A DNA stretch of 64,000 nucleotides. It comes from Vicugna vicugna (lineage: Eukaryota). Below the pieces are notes generated by a model. It searched no databases. It saw only the letters and a list, made by a program, of their open reading frames with translations, and was not told where the DNA came from. This document shows positions 24,496 through 38,219 of the stretch, piece after piece (positions within the stretch are counted from its first letter, which is position 1; each line of letters starts with the position of its first letter). Location: positions 6,424,939 to 6,488,938 of the forward strand of contig MU058423.1 of the NCBI GenBank assembly GCA_013265495.1, given 5' to 3'. The translations under genes were made by a program, and so were the position numbers.

Positions 24496-27353
24496 TCTAA
24501 AGTTGAGTTTTCTGAAAGAAGAGCCCAAATAGTGCCTTGGTGAAAACACCAGTGAAAGTGATTTTTCAAGGGCGTACTTTTAGGAAAAAGGGAAAGGAGG
24601 AAAGAAAGTAGGGCAGGGAAAGGAAGCCAAGCAAGGATGTGGTCTCATCTGGAGACCAGCTGCATCCTGGAGCATCAATTGTAACACCCCTCTAGTCCCG
24701 ATTGAGGCAAGGGGGCCAGCCCTTTGCACCCTGTGCCAGCCAGTCAGTCCCCTCTGACAGCCCCCTGGAGTTGGAGATCAGGGGGCACATGAGCTCCTGA
24801 GCAAGGCAGCTTCCTTCCTCCGAAGCCAACATGCTGTACGAGGGGCAGCTGTGAGTCCTCAGAAACCACTACTCCCAGCATCTGACAAAAGGGAAAACTG
24901 GCCCTATGAAGGGGCAGCAACAGCACGTGTTGTCATCCGCCCTTGTGGATACCCAGCCTCTCCTTTAATCAAACAGTTCTACATCTGAACGTAGGCTCAA
25001 TTCTAAAATCCAAGCTAAGCATTTTGACTGTACACCAGGGAGCATCCTGCTTACTCATTGTTGATGCATAAGGTTATTTCCTGCTTTTTGAAAGTTTGCC
25101 TTTCGCCACTTCACTTTTACAGAAGACCTACATTAGTACCTGTTTTCACTAACTGAAAGGAATCTGAAGAGGATTTTCATTTTTACAAAAAATAGGTAAA
25201 AAGCAAAAATTGGGTTCAGTGTTTGTTTTGCAGGGAGTCTTTACAGAAAAAGCACACCCTGAGCTGCAAGAGCAGCACCGCCAAGCTCCCTTCCCGGAAC
25301 TATGCTCAGATTCTCAGCATCAAGCCGCTGTACCTTTGAACCGTGTGAGCGTCGGTGCTTTATCTCAATTTATTTTGTGCATCCCTTGACAAGTTGTTCC
25401 CCTAAGGTGACTGCAGGTTCACTATGGGCCATTTCGTCTTAGGAAAGGTTTCAAAGGAATGCTCTACTTTCGGACTGTGGGGGGACCCTGTATACATCCA
25501 GCTCTTTTGCTGGCTGCCTATCCATTTTGACCTGAGAACGTCATGTTCCTCTAGCATTTCCACTGATCACGGCAAGCCAGGTGCCCCTGGCAGCTGTTCA
25601 GACCTTGCTTCTTATTTTGGTAATTACATCCACATTTCTTCCGGCAGTGAAGTGCTGCCACCTGGCTTTTGCTATGCTGGGTTCCTGTCATCCCATCAGC
25701 CCTGAGGTGAAAGGACCACCACGGCTGAGTTCTCAGTGATGCTGGTGTCCGCCTTACAAGCACATTTCTTTTCGTCTTGGGAAACTGTCATCTCGTGGAT
25801 TTCCAGTCTTTTATGGTGGAACCAATCTAGTATGCCCAGTTCTTTGAGTTTTTTATCCTTTACTCCAGTCTGTTAGATTTCTAGGTTCCCCACATCAATT
25901 AGTGTGGGCCATTTAATTTCCCAAGATTACAAGGGCCAATCCAGCAGTGCATTAGGAATGCTTGCTAAGCCCATTGCCAGGGTGTTAAATCCTGTATCAT
26001 GAGAAAATATTCTCGTATCCAAAACTCCATTTCTCAGTCTCTAGTCTGTCCTCTTTGTTCCGGCACTCTCAGAATACACCCCTGGGCATATATTTTCCAT
26101 TTTCCTGCTGGTACACATCAACTGAGTCTTGCAGCTTGTCTGGCATATAATCCATCGCCTCCTGTAGAAGGCCAAGCCCTTACACAGTCAGGCTTTGCTT
26201 AATGCTGGCCTGATTAGCATGGCTCATACCAAGTGTAATAAATAAGGGTCAGCTTTCCCATAAGGATTTTTGAATTTTAAGCATAAGTACTTTTTTACTC
26301 AAATCACTATCATTACCCAAATATTTCTCTAACTAGAAAGTGGTTTCACTTGAAAATGTGTCACATTCTTCTCTAACTATGGATGATGAAGAAGGTAGGT
26401 GGGGCAGATCCCGAAGAGGGCAGGCATTGTTTTGTAAGACCTCTGCCTCATCTAAGACCTCTCCATAGGTGGGAGGTAGAGCAGCCTAGAATCAAGGCTA
26501 AGCAGGGAATTGAGGGTTTCAAGTGAGATATCCCAGTCTGAAGTTCAGCCTCGCTCCTTTCTTAGTAAGACTCTGTTTTTGGCGTTGGGAACTTGCCTAG
26601 ACTAAAATTCCACCTTCTTTACAGATCTCCTAGCCTCACAGTTTGATCCTGTATCCAGTCGTCACCTCTGTCTTCCCTCTGACTCTGGGCATGAAGGATG
26701 TCCAAGAGAGCCGCCCAGGAAGCTTTCAGACCCTCTGAAGGCTGATCATAATTTCAGTCTCTAATTTCCTCTCTTTAAACTTAGCAACAGCTATCAAGTT
26801 CCACAGTCCTTATCATTACTATTTACATTATGCCTCTGAAAAATTAGAAATATTGCACCAGTGAGTGAATTCCCTTCCATAAACAGCCTGTACTAGGTAA
26901 CTGGTAGAAGTCTGAGCAGTCACTGTCACAGCATCCCAGGGTCTACTGACAACTTTATCTTCCTTATTGGGGCTTTTATTGCCAGTCTGCTAGCAAATGA
27001 CTCCTTCAGACCCTGTCCTTATCATCTGTTGCCAAGAATAAATTCTGGCAGGTGGGATTCCAAAAAGCAGAGCTACTTAGATGGTCATTATGTTAAAAGT
27101 GATGTATGAAAGAAATGCTCGCAGGAGGAGAGTGAGGTTTCCACCGTGAGGCAAGAGGGGCAGGGAGTCCCCGAGTCCACTGGCATTGGGATCTTGCTGT
27201 GATGCAAAATTCCCTGCAGAGGCAGTCCCAGTTCAGGTGAGGGCAGTGCTCGGGCTGAGGGGGCGGCGAGACTCTGAGCCAACAGTCAAGAGCTGGAGGA
27301 AGGTACACTGGTCCAGTGGAGGGGACCTTGGGAGTGCACGGATAGCATCCTCT
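24496..27353 (-). mobile_element. ERVL (LTR16 / ERV3-16A3-like) provirus remnant: LTR ~24496-24935, internal, LTR ~27027-27353
   Basis: LTR16 signature gaagccaagcaaggatgtggtctca...tgaggcaagggggcc; a related degenerate copy at the right end; intervening ERVL-like sequence. Confidence 0.65.
25069..25492. mobile_element. TcMar-Tigger-type non-autonomous DNA transposon
   Basis: Degenerate TIRs (..cctgctttttgaaagt / actttcggactgtgggggaccctg) with a terminal TA; nested in the ERVL internal sequence. Confidence 0.7.
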
Positions 27354-29255
27354 ATGCCGTATTTCCGGACAGAATTTAAAGCACTGCTTCCAAAACAATG
27401 CCATGTACCAACAATGTACTAATATTGTACTAATACTGTGCTACTTTGGGGCCCTTTTCCTTCCTTCCTTGTTACTTACTTTGCTCTACTAGTCAGCCAT
27501 CCCTCCCCCACCTATAGGATTTTACTGCATTTTACTCTGTATTCCTCCATGTATTCAACTAAATTATAAGCTTCTGTAGAGCAAAGGGTTACATCTTATC
27601 TATTTTCACTTTTATGAAGTTAAATTACTCATCTGAAAAAATCTACAGATTCAGACATGAATGTTGCCCCCACCCCAACTTCTCTTTATTTGGCTGGCAG
27701 GGGCCTGGCTGAGACCAGACACTCTGCTATCAGCCCACATCACCAAACATGAAGCCTTCTATCTATTGTTCTCTACTCCCCCAAAAAGAGTTCGTGGTCA
27801 ATGCTTTCATTCTTCAGTAGGCTTTCTGAGAACACAGAATTTTTAAAAATATCAAAAGGATCCCTCGCTAGATTATCAATATTAATTCACTTAAACCTTC
27901 CCTTGTAAATGTCAATGATCCGTTTATATTTTTAGGAAAACCAAGAGCACATCAGGAATAGCGTCAGAAAGAGCAAAGGTCTGTTGTGACAACACTGAAA
28001 GCAGTTCAAGCAGGACCCACCCACACACAGCTGAAGGCCCGCAGATTTTCAGAGGGCATTAATAGTTGAAAGCGAGTGATAGAAAGGGGAATCTCTGTAG
28101 ACACTTATGCTTAAACAGTGATGGCAGACCTCCATCTTTTGAACATGCAGCAACAAAGAACCTGTTGTGGAGGATAACACACCAGTTTCATAGACCACCG
28201 CCATCAAGGCGATACGTTTGGATACCGACACCCACCCTCACCCCCGGAAACTTGAACAGACCAGGGAAAGAGGCTGGGGACTGGAGAAAGAAGACAAATC
28301 CAGCTGTTCACCCTGGCAGTCGAGGGTCTTCATGTTATACTCTGAGAAACGACATCATTTTTCCTCCCAAATTGGAAACAGCTCAGTTACATGTATGTGT
28401 TATGACTGAAAACAAACCAATCACTTGTTAAATTAGTAAATCTGAGGGAGCGAGAATATCAACTGCTCTGTAAATTTGATCTGTGAAATTCTAGTAACAA
28501 AATGTATTAGCTCAAATGTGCACAGGTTAATGCAAAGAAATCCTGCAATATTTCAGAAGATTATAGCCTAAAACTACCCCACAATTGCTTTCAATAACAT
28601 GTTAGAAATGTGATTCTCTGTTCTTAAAGTACGTGATCAGACTATTAACACCTATGCATGAGGAAAATTCTTTTCTGAGGAATCACACAGAAATCATCAG
28701 TAGAGCGTTCCACATTATGTGATTATATTTTTGCTTTCTTAATACTTAATGGGCTCCAGGTAAAAGTAGTAAAAATATTTCAATAATTCCCCACACTTTA
28801 ATTTAGGGCATACTATATTTCAAATTAGGTTGCATATTAATACCCTCTATAGAAACATTACATCAAAAGGACGTGTTAGCTTTGTAACTTACATTTTTAT
28901 CATCTGTCAAAGTATCCATGTGCATTTCTTCATTCTCAAATTTCTTTCTCCTCATATCACATCTTCCAAAATCCTTTTGTTTCTCCAAAATTCTGCTCAA
29001 ATTTCATTTCATTTCCTTGTGAAACTTTCTGTACTTTCACCAACTTACTCTCAAGAGGGATTGACCAGGTTTTCTTCACTGTGTTCACTGCGCTTGCATT
29101 ATTTTTTTATAGCACCTATAACAAGAGTAAATGCTTACAAACACCATTTACTAATTTGGAATCTGTATGAGTTGGTGATCTCCTAGAGAATAGGTGTCCT
29201 TTCTTATTCTGTCTTACCAACAATTTGCACAGTACCAAGAACTTTTGTTTTCATG

Positions 29256-29390
29256 CTCAATAATTATTTTTTGAATGAATGAATATGTGAATAACTTTTT
29301 TCAGAAATTAATAATTAGCTTCTGTGTTAGTACTCAACAATTATTTTTTTGAATGAATGAACATATGAATAACTTTTGTCAGAAATTAAT
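29256..29390 (+). repeat. Direct duplication of ~57 bp (L2 3' tail) with a 20-bp spacer
   Basis: ctcaataattattttttgaatgaatgaatatgtgaataac...cagaaattaat repeated at 29256-29312 and 29333-29390. Confidence 0.9.
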
Positions 29391-31369
29391 GAAGGAATAT
29401 CGAAAGTGCTCCCTATTGCTTGATTTCCAGAGTTCAGGTTTGAGTGTTATGCAGAAAAAGCAAAGTCTTGATACTATGGGAGTATACAAGTGCTGTTTTA
29501 TGTCCTCTTTTTTGTTAGCTTGATCTGAAAAGTCCTAAATTTTCTGTAGCGTCTTCTCAGAAAACTCACTTAAACAAAATTTAATTACAGACCAACTGAA
29601 TAACCACCATGACTCCTGATTTCTACTGGAGGAACTTAAGGAAATGAGTAAATATATTGTCTTCCATAGAATTTAAACTGTTTCAGTAGGCTCTTAGCAA
29701 AAATTAGGAATGATGGTTCTTCCTGAAGCAGACTCCACCCATGTCAACTTCACCTCCTCCCAAATTTTAACCAAAAATGTTGTTCGGAAAATGACTTTGG
29801 GCCAATTAGAAAATTTCAAATGGTAAGCTCTTGTTTCATGTTTACAAACCCTTGAAATAATTGTCAACATTTATGCTTCGAAATTTCACTGATTTCAAGC
29901 TTCAGACATCTTGCATCTAACTTTCCCATTAGCTAGAAGGTCTGCTGTATCTGAACATGACTAGCCAAGGATGTTGTATAGACTTGTCTATGAGGCATCA
30001 TACGTGCAGTAAGTCAGCTTTTTAGCAACTTGGGAAGCTAATTAGCAGCTAGGGAAGAAAAGCTAGGCTTTCCATAGGGTTGAGCTCTACAGCGGTGCAG
30101 TCAGTTGTAGCTGGTAGGGTTTTGCTACTCTGGAACTGTCCGCACACTTAATTCTTCAAATGAGAAAAGTCTCTTCCTAAGTCTGTAATATAAACATTAC
30201 ATGTCTGGGAAATTGTATTTCTACTTTAAAGTTACAACTTATCATCAAAATCATATTCGTTGTAAATGTTTTCTTCACAATTTACTTGTCATAAATGTCT
30301 ATTGTGCTGACAAACTGCAGGGAACAGTGCATGTGTATTCTCACGTACCTACGAATTTGTAAAGAGATGCAGTGACAATAAAGGTAAAAAATATTACGAC
30401 TTGCAAACCTCCAGATGGTGAAATTTGTTTTGTTGTAATTCCACATTCCAAGGTCTGAACTAAATCCAAACTTCAGAAAGAGGAATACATTATCATTTTA
30501 TCACACTGTGAGCACCTAACTGACTTGGAATTAGCCAACCATCCAAAGATTTATAGAAAACTGTTGCTTTTGTGTGTGTGAAACTGTTGGGAAAGTGAGT
30601 TGGGAAAGATAAGTCAGTATGAGATGGATTTTTTTTTTAGATAGGACACCTTTAAAGAGACAGGAAGAAATTTTTGAAATAGAACAGTTTGAATATACAC
30701 TGCCTTATATAGTTGTGAGAGGTGAGGTAAGGATAAACACAGTACATATTCATACCTCATTTCAAAATCTAATATTTCTTAAAATTGCCATATTATCTCA
30801 GGATGTTCAGCCTTTGCCATTATATGAAAGTAGCCATTATGTCAATCATAACATTATAGATTATGATCAGAGCAACCTGTATTTCAAGAGCATTCACTTT
30901 TTTCATGCATGCATCAGTTCATCCAGCATATATTTATTGTTGCTTATTTTCTGCAAGTCACTGTGATAGGGATTTCTCCTTTCCTTTAAAGTCTTCCATT
31001 GGGGTTAATATTTTTAGAATCTCTTTTCTCCATTTTTTTACATTTTAGTTGATGGCTACAAATGGTCCATGACAAAGAATAACAAATAAAACATTGTACA
31101 TACCAAGTATCATCAATCAGCCTTTCAGTTCCTTACTGTTTATTCAAGAATAATATTTGTATGAAATTTTGTTTATCTTAAAGAGGCCTAAGAAAATTCT
31201 TTCATTCATATCCTCATTAATACACTCAGTTATCAAAATAATGCCTGCCATTTTGATATTTTAGATTTCAGATTTTTAATCCTAAATAAAATTGGGTGAA
31301 TCATATGGCAAATGTAACACCTCTCACACACATGAATTCTAAATTTTGCTCACATTTAAACATCTTTTC

Positions 31370-31590
31370 TGTCTGATCTTGGCATAAAGACAGACAAACA
31401 ATCGATAAAACACAATGGAGAGACCAGAAATAGATTCACATCTATGAGTTCATTTTTTATTTATTTACAAAAGTTGAAAGCAGTCCAATGGGGAAATTGA
31501 AGTACTTGGGGAAAACAAATCAAAATAGAAACCTGAATAACTCAGTATCCATATGGGGAAAAAAAAAACCCAAAATGAACCTTTATTTAC
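31370..31590 (+). mobile_element. L1 ORF2 fragment (decayed)
   Basis: ttggcataaagacagacaaac...ccagaaatagattcacatctatg. Confidence 0.7.
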
Positions 31591-31729
31591 TAAATGAACA
31601 AATGCCTTAGGGTATGTTGCTTCTGTATCAAATGGTAACATGAACCACAGTATGGTACAAATGGTCCTGATCAAATTCTCTAAAGAATTAGGAACGTTTC
31701 AGTTTTATTAGAAAATCAAATTTTCACAT

Positions 31730-31960
31730 ATTAACAACAATATCCACTCTATTGTGTACCTCTTGAGTGTCAGGGACCATGTGAGACATTTTGCATCAAG
31801 TATCTTATTTTTCTTTATAATATTCCATAAGATAGTGTTAGATTAAGAAATTAGGACTCCTAGTAGCTAAATAACTTGCTTATAGTCACACAAGTAAATG
31901 ACTGAACATGGATTTAATCTTGGTCTCTCTGAAGCAAATCTCAGGACTTTTTTTCACTAA
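31730..31960 (-). mobile_element. MIR SINE
   Basis: aataacttgcttatagtcacacaagtaaatgactgaacatggattt core. Confidence 0.6.
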
Positions 31961-32706
31961 GTAAAATCTACTATATGTAATATACTTAAATACACCATGT
32001 AACACATTAAGTGATATGACATCACAAGTTTTATTAGTTCAAACTTACATCTAAGCTAGCATAAAAGTCATGGGATTAGCTAGAGTACCAGCTCTAAAGA
32101 TACTGTTCCCTATTTATGCCAGACTAAGTCAACACATTTACTAATATCTGAGAAACAAAAACAGTTTCTCAATAGCAGAGATTTCTCCCCCCCCCATAAT
32201 AGAGAAATATTAAACTTATTGGAACAGAAAATACTCCATCATTTCATGAAAAGTTAAAATAATTCTACAATAAACATGGCTCAGTTTACTCAATTAAGTT
32301 AAAAAACTTGAGTCAGTTTTTACTTAATCAATTCACTATAGTCATTTTAGAGCATATTCTGTTTGGGGGGGAAGATAACAAACACTTCTGTGAAAAAATG
32401 GCTACATCAGTAATGAAATAATTAAATAACATCATAGGAAGAAAAATGGTCAGCTTGGGCTCCCAGAGTCTCCAGAACTAAATAATTGATCTATGAGTTA
32501 CATACTTAAAGGAGAGTAGCAGAAAGTAAGCTGAAAGAGCAGTCACTTTGAGTTTGCGTGAGTCAGAGAAGAAAGGTGTGAGAGGGCACCAGCTGCTAGA
32601 AGCTTAGAGATCATAGACACAGAGGAGTAAACATAGTTTTGAAAAAGTATCCAAATTATTTTGTGCTCTAAACCAAAGAAAAACTCAAAATTACAGTCCT
32701 GTCTAT

Positions 32707-32930
32707 CACAGATTCTCAACTCTGGCACTGCTAACATTTAGGTCTGGAGAGTTTGTCAGGGAGGGCCACCCTGTACATGGTGGGAAGGTAGCAGCACCCC
32801 TGACCCCTGATCTACACGCATTAGACGCCGAAGGCTCCCTCCTCCACGCTGGGACAACTAGAACTGTCTGCAAACATTGCTGATGTGCCCGGGGGGGGGG
32901 GGGCAAACCATTCCCAGTTTAGAATCACTG
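32707..32930 (+). mobile_element. MER20 hAT-Charlie element
   Basis: attctcaactctggcactgctaacattt...gacaactagaactgtctgcaaacattgc...ggggcaaaccattcccagtttagaatcactg. Confidence 0.85.
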
Positions 32931-33439
32931 ATCTGATTCTTTGGCTTGCCTTTCTAAAATTCAAATCGTTTGGAACTAAATCTCATACACCTGTTACTAA
33001 CACTTAAATTTCTCTCTCTCTACCTCTAGTGAGAAGTTGAGTTTTCTTTGCCTGCTGACACTAATGTTGCTGGACGTGAGCATATGTATATGCTAATATT
33101 TTATGTTTATCAGATAATGAAACTAACCGATTAACATTACACCCAGCATCGTCAACTCTAGAGCCACATTGTCCATCCTCTCTGCTAACTTAAAATGAAT
33201 CATTCTCTTACGATCTTTTTTTATTGAAATGATGATAGAAAATATTTTTTCTTAAAATGAATATAAACATGTTAACCCTACTCCTGAAATTAAAGATGAG
33301 ACATGCAGCTGAATATATAATAAAATTACTGTCATCTGAGTAAATTTTGCCCCGTGGTACTAAAATTAAAGACTGTAGTCCTGGAGACTGGGTGATGCAT
33401 TAAAGGAGGGGGTGTCTCTTTCAGTTTATACCTTAGTGT

Positions 33440-34370
33440 GGTCAGTCAATACATATTTAATGAGCATCTACTCGGCATAACGCATTGTTTCTGAGGAAAC
33501 AAAGAAGGACTGGCTAGCCAAAATCCTTCACAGAGTTTACGTCCTAGTTGAGGGAGCAAAAAATCAGTTAATAAACAAGTATAGGACAATACAATGCTAA
33601 GTTGGTAAGTATTTTGTAGGAAATAAAGCAGGGCAAGGACTAGAGAACTATATGAGGGATGATCAAGGAAATTCTCTCTCCACAGATGACGCTATAAACA
33701 GAACTCTGAATAAAATAAGGGAATGAGCTTCATGGAGAATTGAGAGAAGAGAATTCTAAGCAAAGAAGAAATAAAATACAAAATCTGAAGTCAGAATCAA
33801 CTTGGCTTATTGAAAAATCATCATAAAACTAGTGTGGTGACATGAAGTAAACCAGAAACTTATAGTAGAGGATGTAGGTGGGGAGCTCATGCAGAGCATT
33901 AAGGTGAAGTTAAAATTTGGCTTTCATGCTGAGTGGATAAGAAGACACAGCAAGATCTGAGCAGAGGGGTACGTGATCTGATCTACATTGATAAATGATC
34001 AGTCTGGCTGCTTTAGAAAAGTGTCTGTAGAAGGAAGAGAAATGAAACAACGAGAATTACTAGGAAGACACTGCAGTTGCATAGGCTGGGGGAAATGTCT
34101 GGATAGAGGAACTAGGGCTGATGGGAAATAAACAGATTCATAAAATATTTTGAAGATGGAACCCACAGAGCTTGCTGAAGAACTGAATACATATGCTCTT
34201 AAAAGTGCTCAAGAACAACCTAAAGGATTTGGGCTTGAATGACAATGTGAAAATTAGTGTCATTTTCTAAAATGGGAATAGCTGGAGAAGGAGCAGATGT
34301 GGGTGTGGGTGCAAGAGAGGCATCAATGTCTTTTCAGACACGTCAAGTTTGAGATGACTTTTAAATATGA
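33440..34370 (-). mobile_element. L2a fragment including the 3' end
   Basis: tcaatacatatttaatgagcatctact...acgtgatctgatctacatt...cagacacgtcaagtttgagatg. Confidence 0.8.
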
Positions 34371-36264
34371 AACTAGTACCCATTTTATCTATAGAGCTAA
34401 TCAGATATGTTTTTTGTCTTCAATTACCTTTTAGTTACTATTTTTATACCTTTTTTCTTGTAATATTAGGGTTATTACACCAGCTTTCTTACTTGCCCCC
34501 AATTTACTTATTTCTTATCTTCTAACTGTGCCATTGAAAACATACGTCTTTACTGGTGATTTTGTCTTTAACTAAAGCATTATCTATCTAAGCCTGGGCA
34601 GCTCAAAAAATAAAGCTTATGAAAAAAGCAAGGCATGAGTAAATTAAATTTCAGCAGTCTGCTTTTCTCAGGCAACTGGTGAACACTGACAAATATTACT
34701 TAAAAACATATGTTTAATGTTAAAGTTGAACTTTTCAAACTTTAAAAATTATTTAATTATAACAGAGGTTATATGCACAACTTGTGGGATCTCTTCTTGG
34801 AAGTATATATTTTGACATGCTAAGAATTCAAGATTGTTCCCTGATGTTTTAAAAAGCAGTAATTCTAACTTTGAGGATATTTGGGTATGTCAGTTCATTG
34901 AAAAAGAAAAAAGATCTGTAAAAAATGGCTTCATAGTAAAAGTACCAGCTATAAATTTTAATATTATTAACTGGTATTCCATATTAATAACTTTTGCTCC
35001 TTTAACTGAAAATTGAACCAAAATCAAAAAGCAGATCTATATTTATAAAGTTTGTCTTGAAGTACTTTACAACAGACTGATGTAAAAGTCTTTCTGGAGG
35101 TCATCCTTTTTCAGATGATGCTTGAGTTGCAAATATCATCTCAGCAAAGAAAGGCAGTATTTTTTTTTAATTATCCATTGATATCATAGGAATAATTATC
35201 TGTTTCTCAGAATAATTATCTGAGCAGATGCTGAAGACATGCCAAGTAAAATAATTGAGAGAAGGGAAAAATCAGAATAATGATGTACTCCTGGTTCTAC
35301 TGGATATAGTGAGAAGTCTGTATTTATAGAAGCTAGTCCATCAGTGGGAAGTCTGGAGGTAGTTTTATGATCTATAAGACTTAGGGAGAGGGGGATGGGA
35401 AGAGTACAGAGATTGCAAAGGGAATAGAAAGACATTGCCCGGCTGCACATTTTGGCTTTGGGCCAATCCCTGTCTTCTACATTGTTCTGGCTTCTTATTA
35501 AAGGAACATTACATTAGTTTGAATACACTTATTTCCAGGCCAGTTATTGTCCCACGGAATTCACTTTCATGATTTTAAAATCAAGAAAATAAAAATATAA
35601 ATGAAACAAAGTTCTTAATAAGTCAGATAAGTGAATTTTATTGTCCTGTAAGCAAGAAAGTGAAATTCTATTATTGCATTATGCTAAAAGAAACATTAGT
35701 GACTCCTGGGGTTTAGTAAAAGGACATAGCTTGTTTTACCTCTAGGTCATTTGATAATTTTAAATGACCCGCAGAGACTAAAAATGTTTTATGCTGTTTT
35801 CTATCTCTGTGACAGCAGGATTGGGGAAAGATGATTAAGAACAGCCTTAATGTATGAAAATAACCATAAATGAATATAAAAGAGCAATTTATATTCATAT
35901 ATCAAGAAAGAGCTGACAAAAATATTCTGATTTTTGATATTTAAATGTTGTGATTATAACATTTAAAATTATCAAAATTAACTAAATTCACTACATCCTT
36001 AGGTACTTTGTAAATTTTGAATTTGGCCTTTAATATTGGATTCTGAAAACAGTAAACAGCTAAATTGTGGTCAAATAAAACTTGCAAAAGTAGAATATTT
36101 ACTAAATCTTATGTTAAAACACATGAAATGAATGATGAATTTATCAAAAAGTACAATAATAAAGAAAGCCTTTATAAAAACAGGTCCAAAAAATTCAGTA
36201 CTCTTTATTTTTCTATAATTGAATTTAAATTCTAACTCTAGCCCTTACTTATCCTAGAAGTTGA

Positions 36265-36741
36265 TGTGAACGAAAAATACTGCAAACCATTTCAGTAAAC
36301 AAAGAATGCTGAAACCATCAAGTCATCAGCGGCTGCCGCCACCCCCCAGTGAAGACAAGCCTGCAGCCCGGCCTCTGCAGCTGCTCACAATGGTGCCCTG
36401 AGGGGACTCAGAATAAGAAAGGACAAGATACTGGCCCTACATAGCTAAGTGCTTGTCAAAAGAATGAATTCAATGAGCCCAAATGCTTGCTTCCTCCCAT
36501 ACATAGAAAAGCACTAAATTCTTTAACTTGAGATGCCTGGTTTTCTTTAGATAACAAGTAACCTTTCATTGTTCCAACTACCTGGTCTTTGTTGTAAAGC
36601 TCCTGTATATCCTAGCTCCTCCCCTGCCTCTTTGGAGCAGTCCCTCAGAGCGATCTGAGAGTCTGTCATCCAGGCTCGAGTCCTCCCGCCAAATAACACA
36701 TAACTTTCAACATTTAGGCTGTGCATTTATTTCAGTCAACA
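36265..36741 (+). mobile_element. Lineage-specific ERV1-type solo LTR
   Basis: TG...CA termini, near 4-bp TSD ttga/ctga, tagaaaagcactaaa core shared with the LTR at 16382. Confidence 0.8.
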
Positions 36742-37338
36742 CTGAAATGTAACATAGTTCTGGTCAGGGCAAAGTCTGTGAATCTAATTTTTATATACAG
36801 AACATTTTTCGTCAAGTTTCAGGATGCTCTTTGGATTTGAGCTAAGCTCTGGAGGGTTAAAAAGCATCTATGGAGCTCTGGTGCTGATGGGGTGGTGGGG
36901 ATGGCAAGGCTTCTAATCCTTAATCATCACTATCTATTATTTTGTAACTATATACCATTCTTGGTAGCCCCAAGTGTCGGCTTCTCCCTCCTTGAGTCCA
37001 CTAAGACACTCATATCCAGCATCTTTTCTCTGGTTTGTCCTGTCTTTGCATGTGTGACTTCTTCACCTAGACAGTGACACTATTCAGACAGGCCACCTCT
37101 TCTTCAGGCATAATTTAGTCCCTGCAGGCTGGACAAGAGAAACTCACATACCCTTCCCCTCATCTCCAGAGCATTTAGATTCAGCAACTTAAGAACGAGG
37201 AGGAGTTTTTCAGATGTCCGACAAGAATATCAAGGCTCCTGGAAACTTCCTCATGTCCAGTAACTTCCTACTTACCCAACCAACTCAGGTGGAGTGTGAG
37301 AGCCTGACAGTAAGTTTGTTTGTTTGTTTATTTTGGGT

Positions 37339-37810
37339 TGTAATGTAAATGCCTGGCATTAAGCTTTTGATTTCAAAGATACCCATCTTAAACAAACAAA
37401 TTGCCAGCTGGGATGACACACCTACCAGCTAAACAACTAGGTAGGAAACAAGGCCCCCCGCCTCCCTTTACCCTCCCACCCACGAAATTCCCCTTTTAGA
37501 AAGCCCTGGGCAACCTAGATAACTGACCACTTGAGTGACCCCTCACCCTTATCCCGCTCTAATGTTTAAATTCCCAATGAAGAATGAATCCACGAAACAT
37601 TAGGTCCCCACCCATGACCCAGTAACGGCAAAACCCAAGGTACATGCTTTCTCTCTCTACTTGCAACCTCACGGTGTGGCTACAGGCATGCTGTGTATTC
37701 TTCAGTATCTGTGAGTAATAAATCTTGGTTTTTCAAGTTCCCTGATGGTTGTTGCGGAGGTAAACCTTGCAATCGTAATAAAACTCACAAGAGCCAGTAT
37801 TACTACAACA
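37339..37810 (+). mobile_element. ERV1-type solo LTR, probably nested in an older LTR
   Basis: tgtaatgt...ctacaaca termini and AATAAA-containing R/U5-like segment gtgagtaataaatc. Confidence 0.6.
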
Positions 37811-38219
37811 TCGGCTCCATTCAGGGAATTGTGTATGAGCGCTTGGCACAAGTGGTAGGGGCCAGGTGAGTGCCCAGGCATCCCAGCCCGTAGCATATAT
37901 CAATCAGCTGAGACCAATCAACTGGAAACACCAGGCCTAACTAACTGGTCAGGAGCCCCAGAGACCACATCGTTCTCCTTCTTGTCTATGTCCTCCCATC
38001 TCCAGACAAATTAAATTGAATTTACTCTGTGACTCTCCATAGTTTCCAAAATCCCTATAAAAATCCCTTGTCACCAGCAAGAGATGAAGCCGTTATTTCT
38101 CCAAACTTTTCTCATGCTGAAGTACCTTGCCGATAATGGTTGAACTCGGATTTTAGTCTCAGGATAAATTTTTACCTTTCTGAATGACAGTTCTAGCAGC
38201 TTCAGCAAACCCAGTAGGC

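Noticed and set aside
29256..29390. CRISPR-like repeat-spacer-repeat
   Set aside because: Only two copies, derived from an L2 tail, in mammalian DNA with no cas genes.
30641..30726. Plus-strand candidate exon within ORF 30619-30966 (tttttttAG ... GAG|GTAAGG)
   Set aside because: Unrecognised peptide and no supporting plus-strand exon chain; shows that exon-like pairs can arise by chance here.
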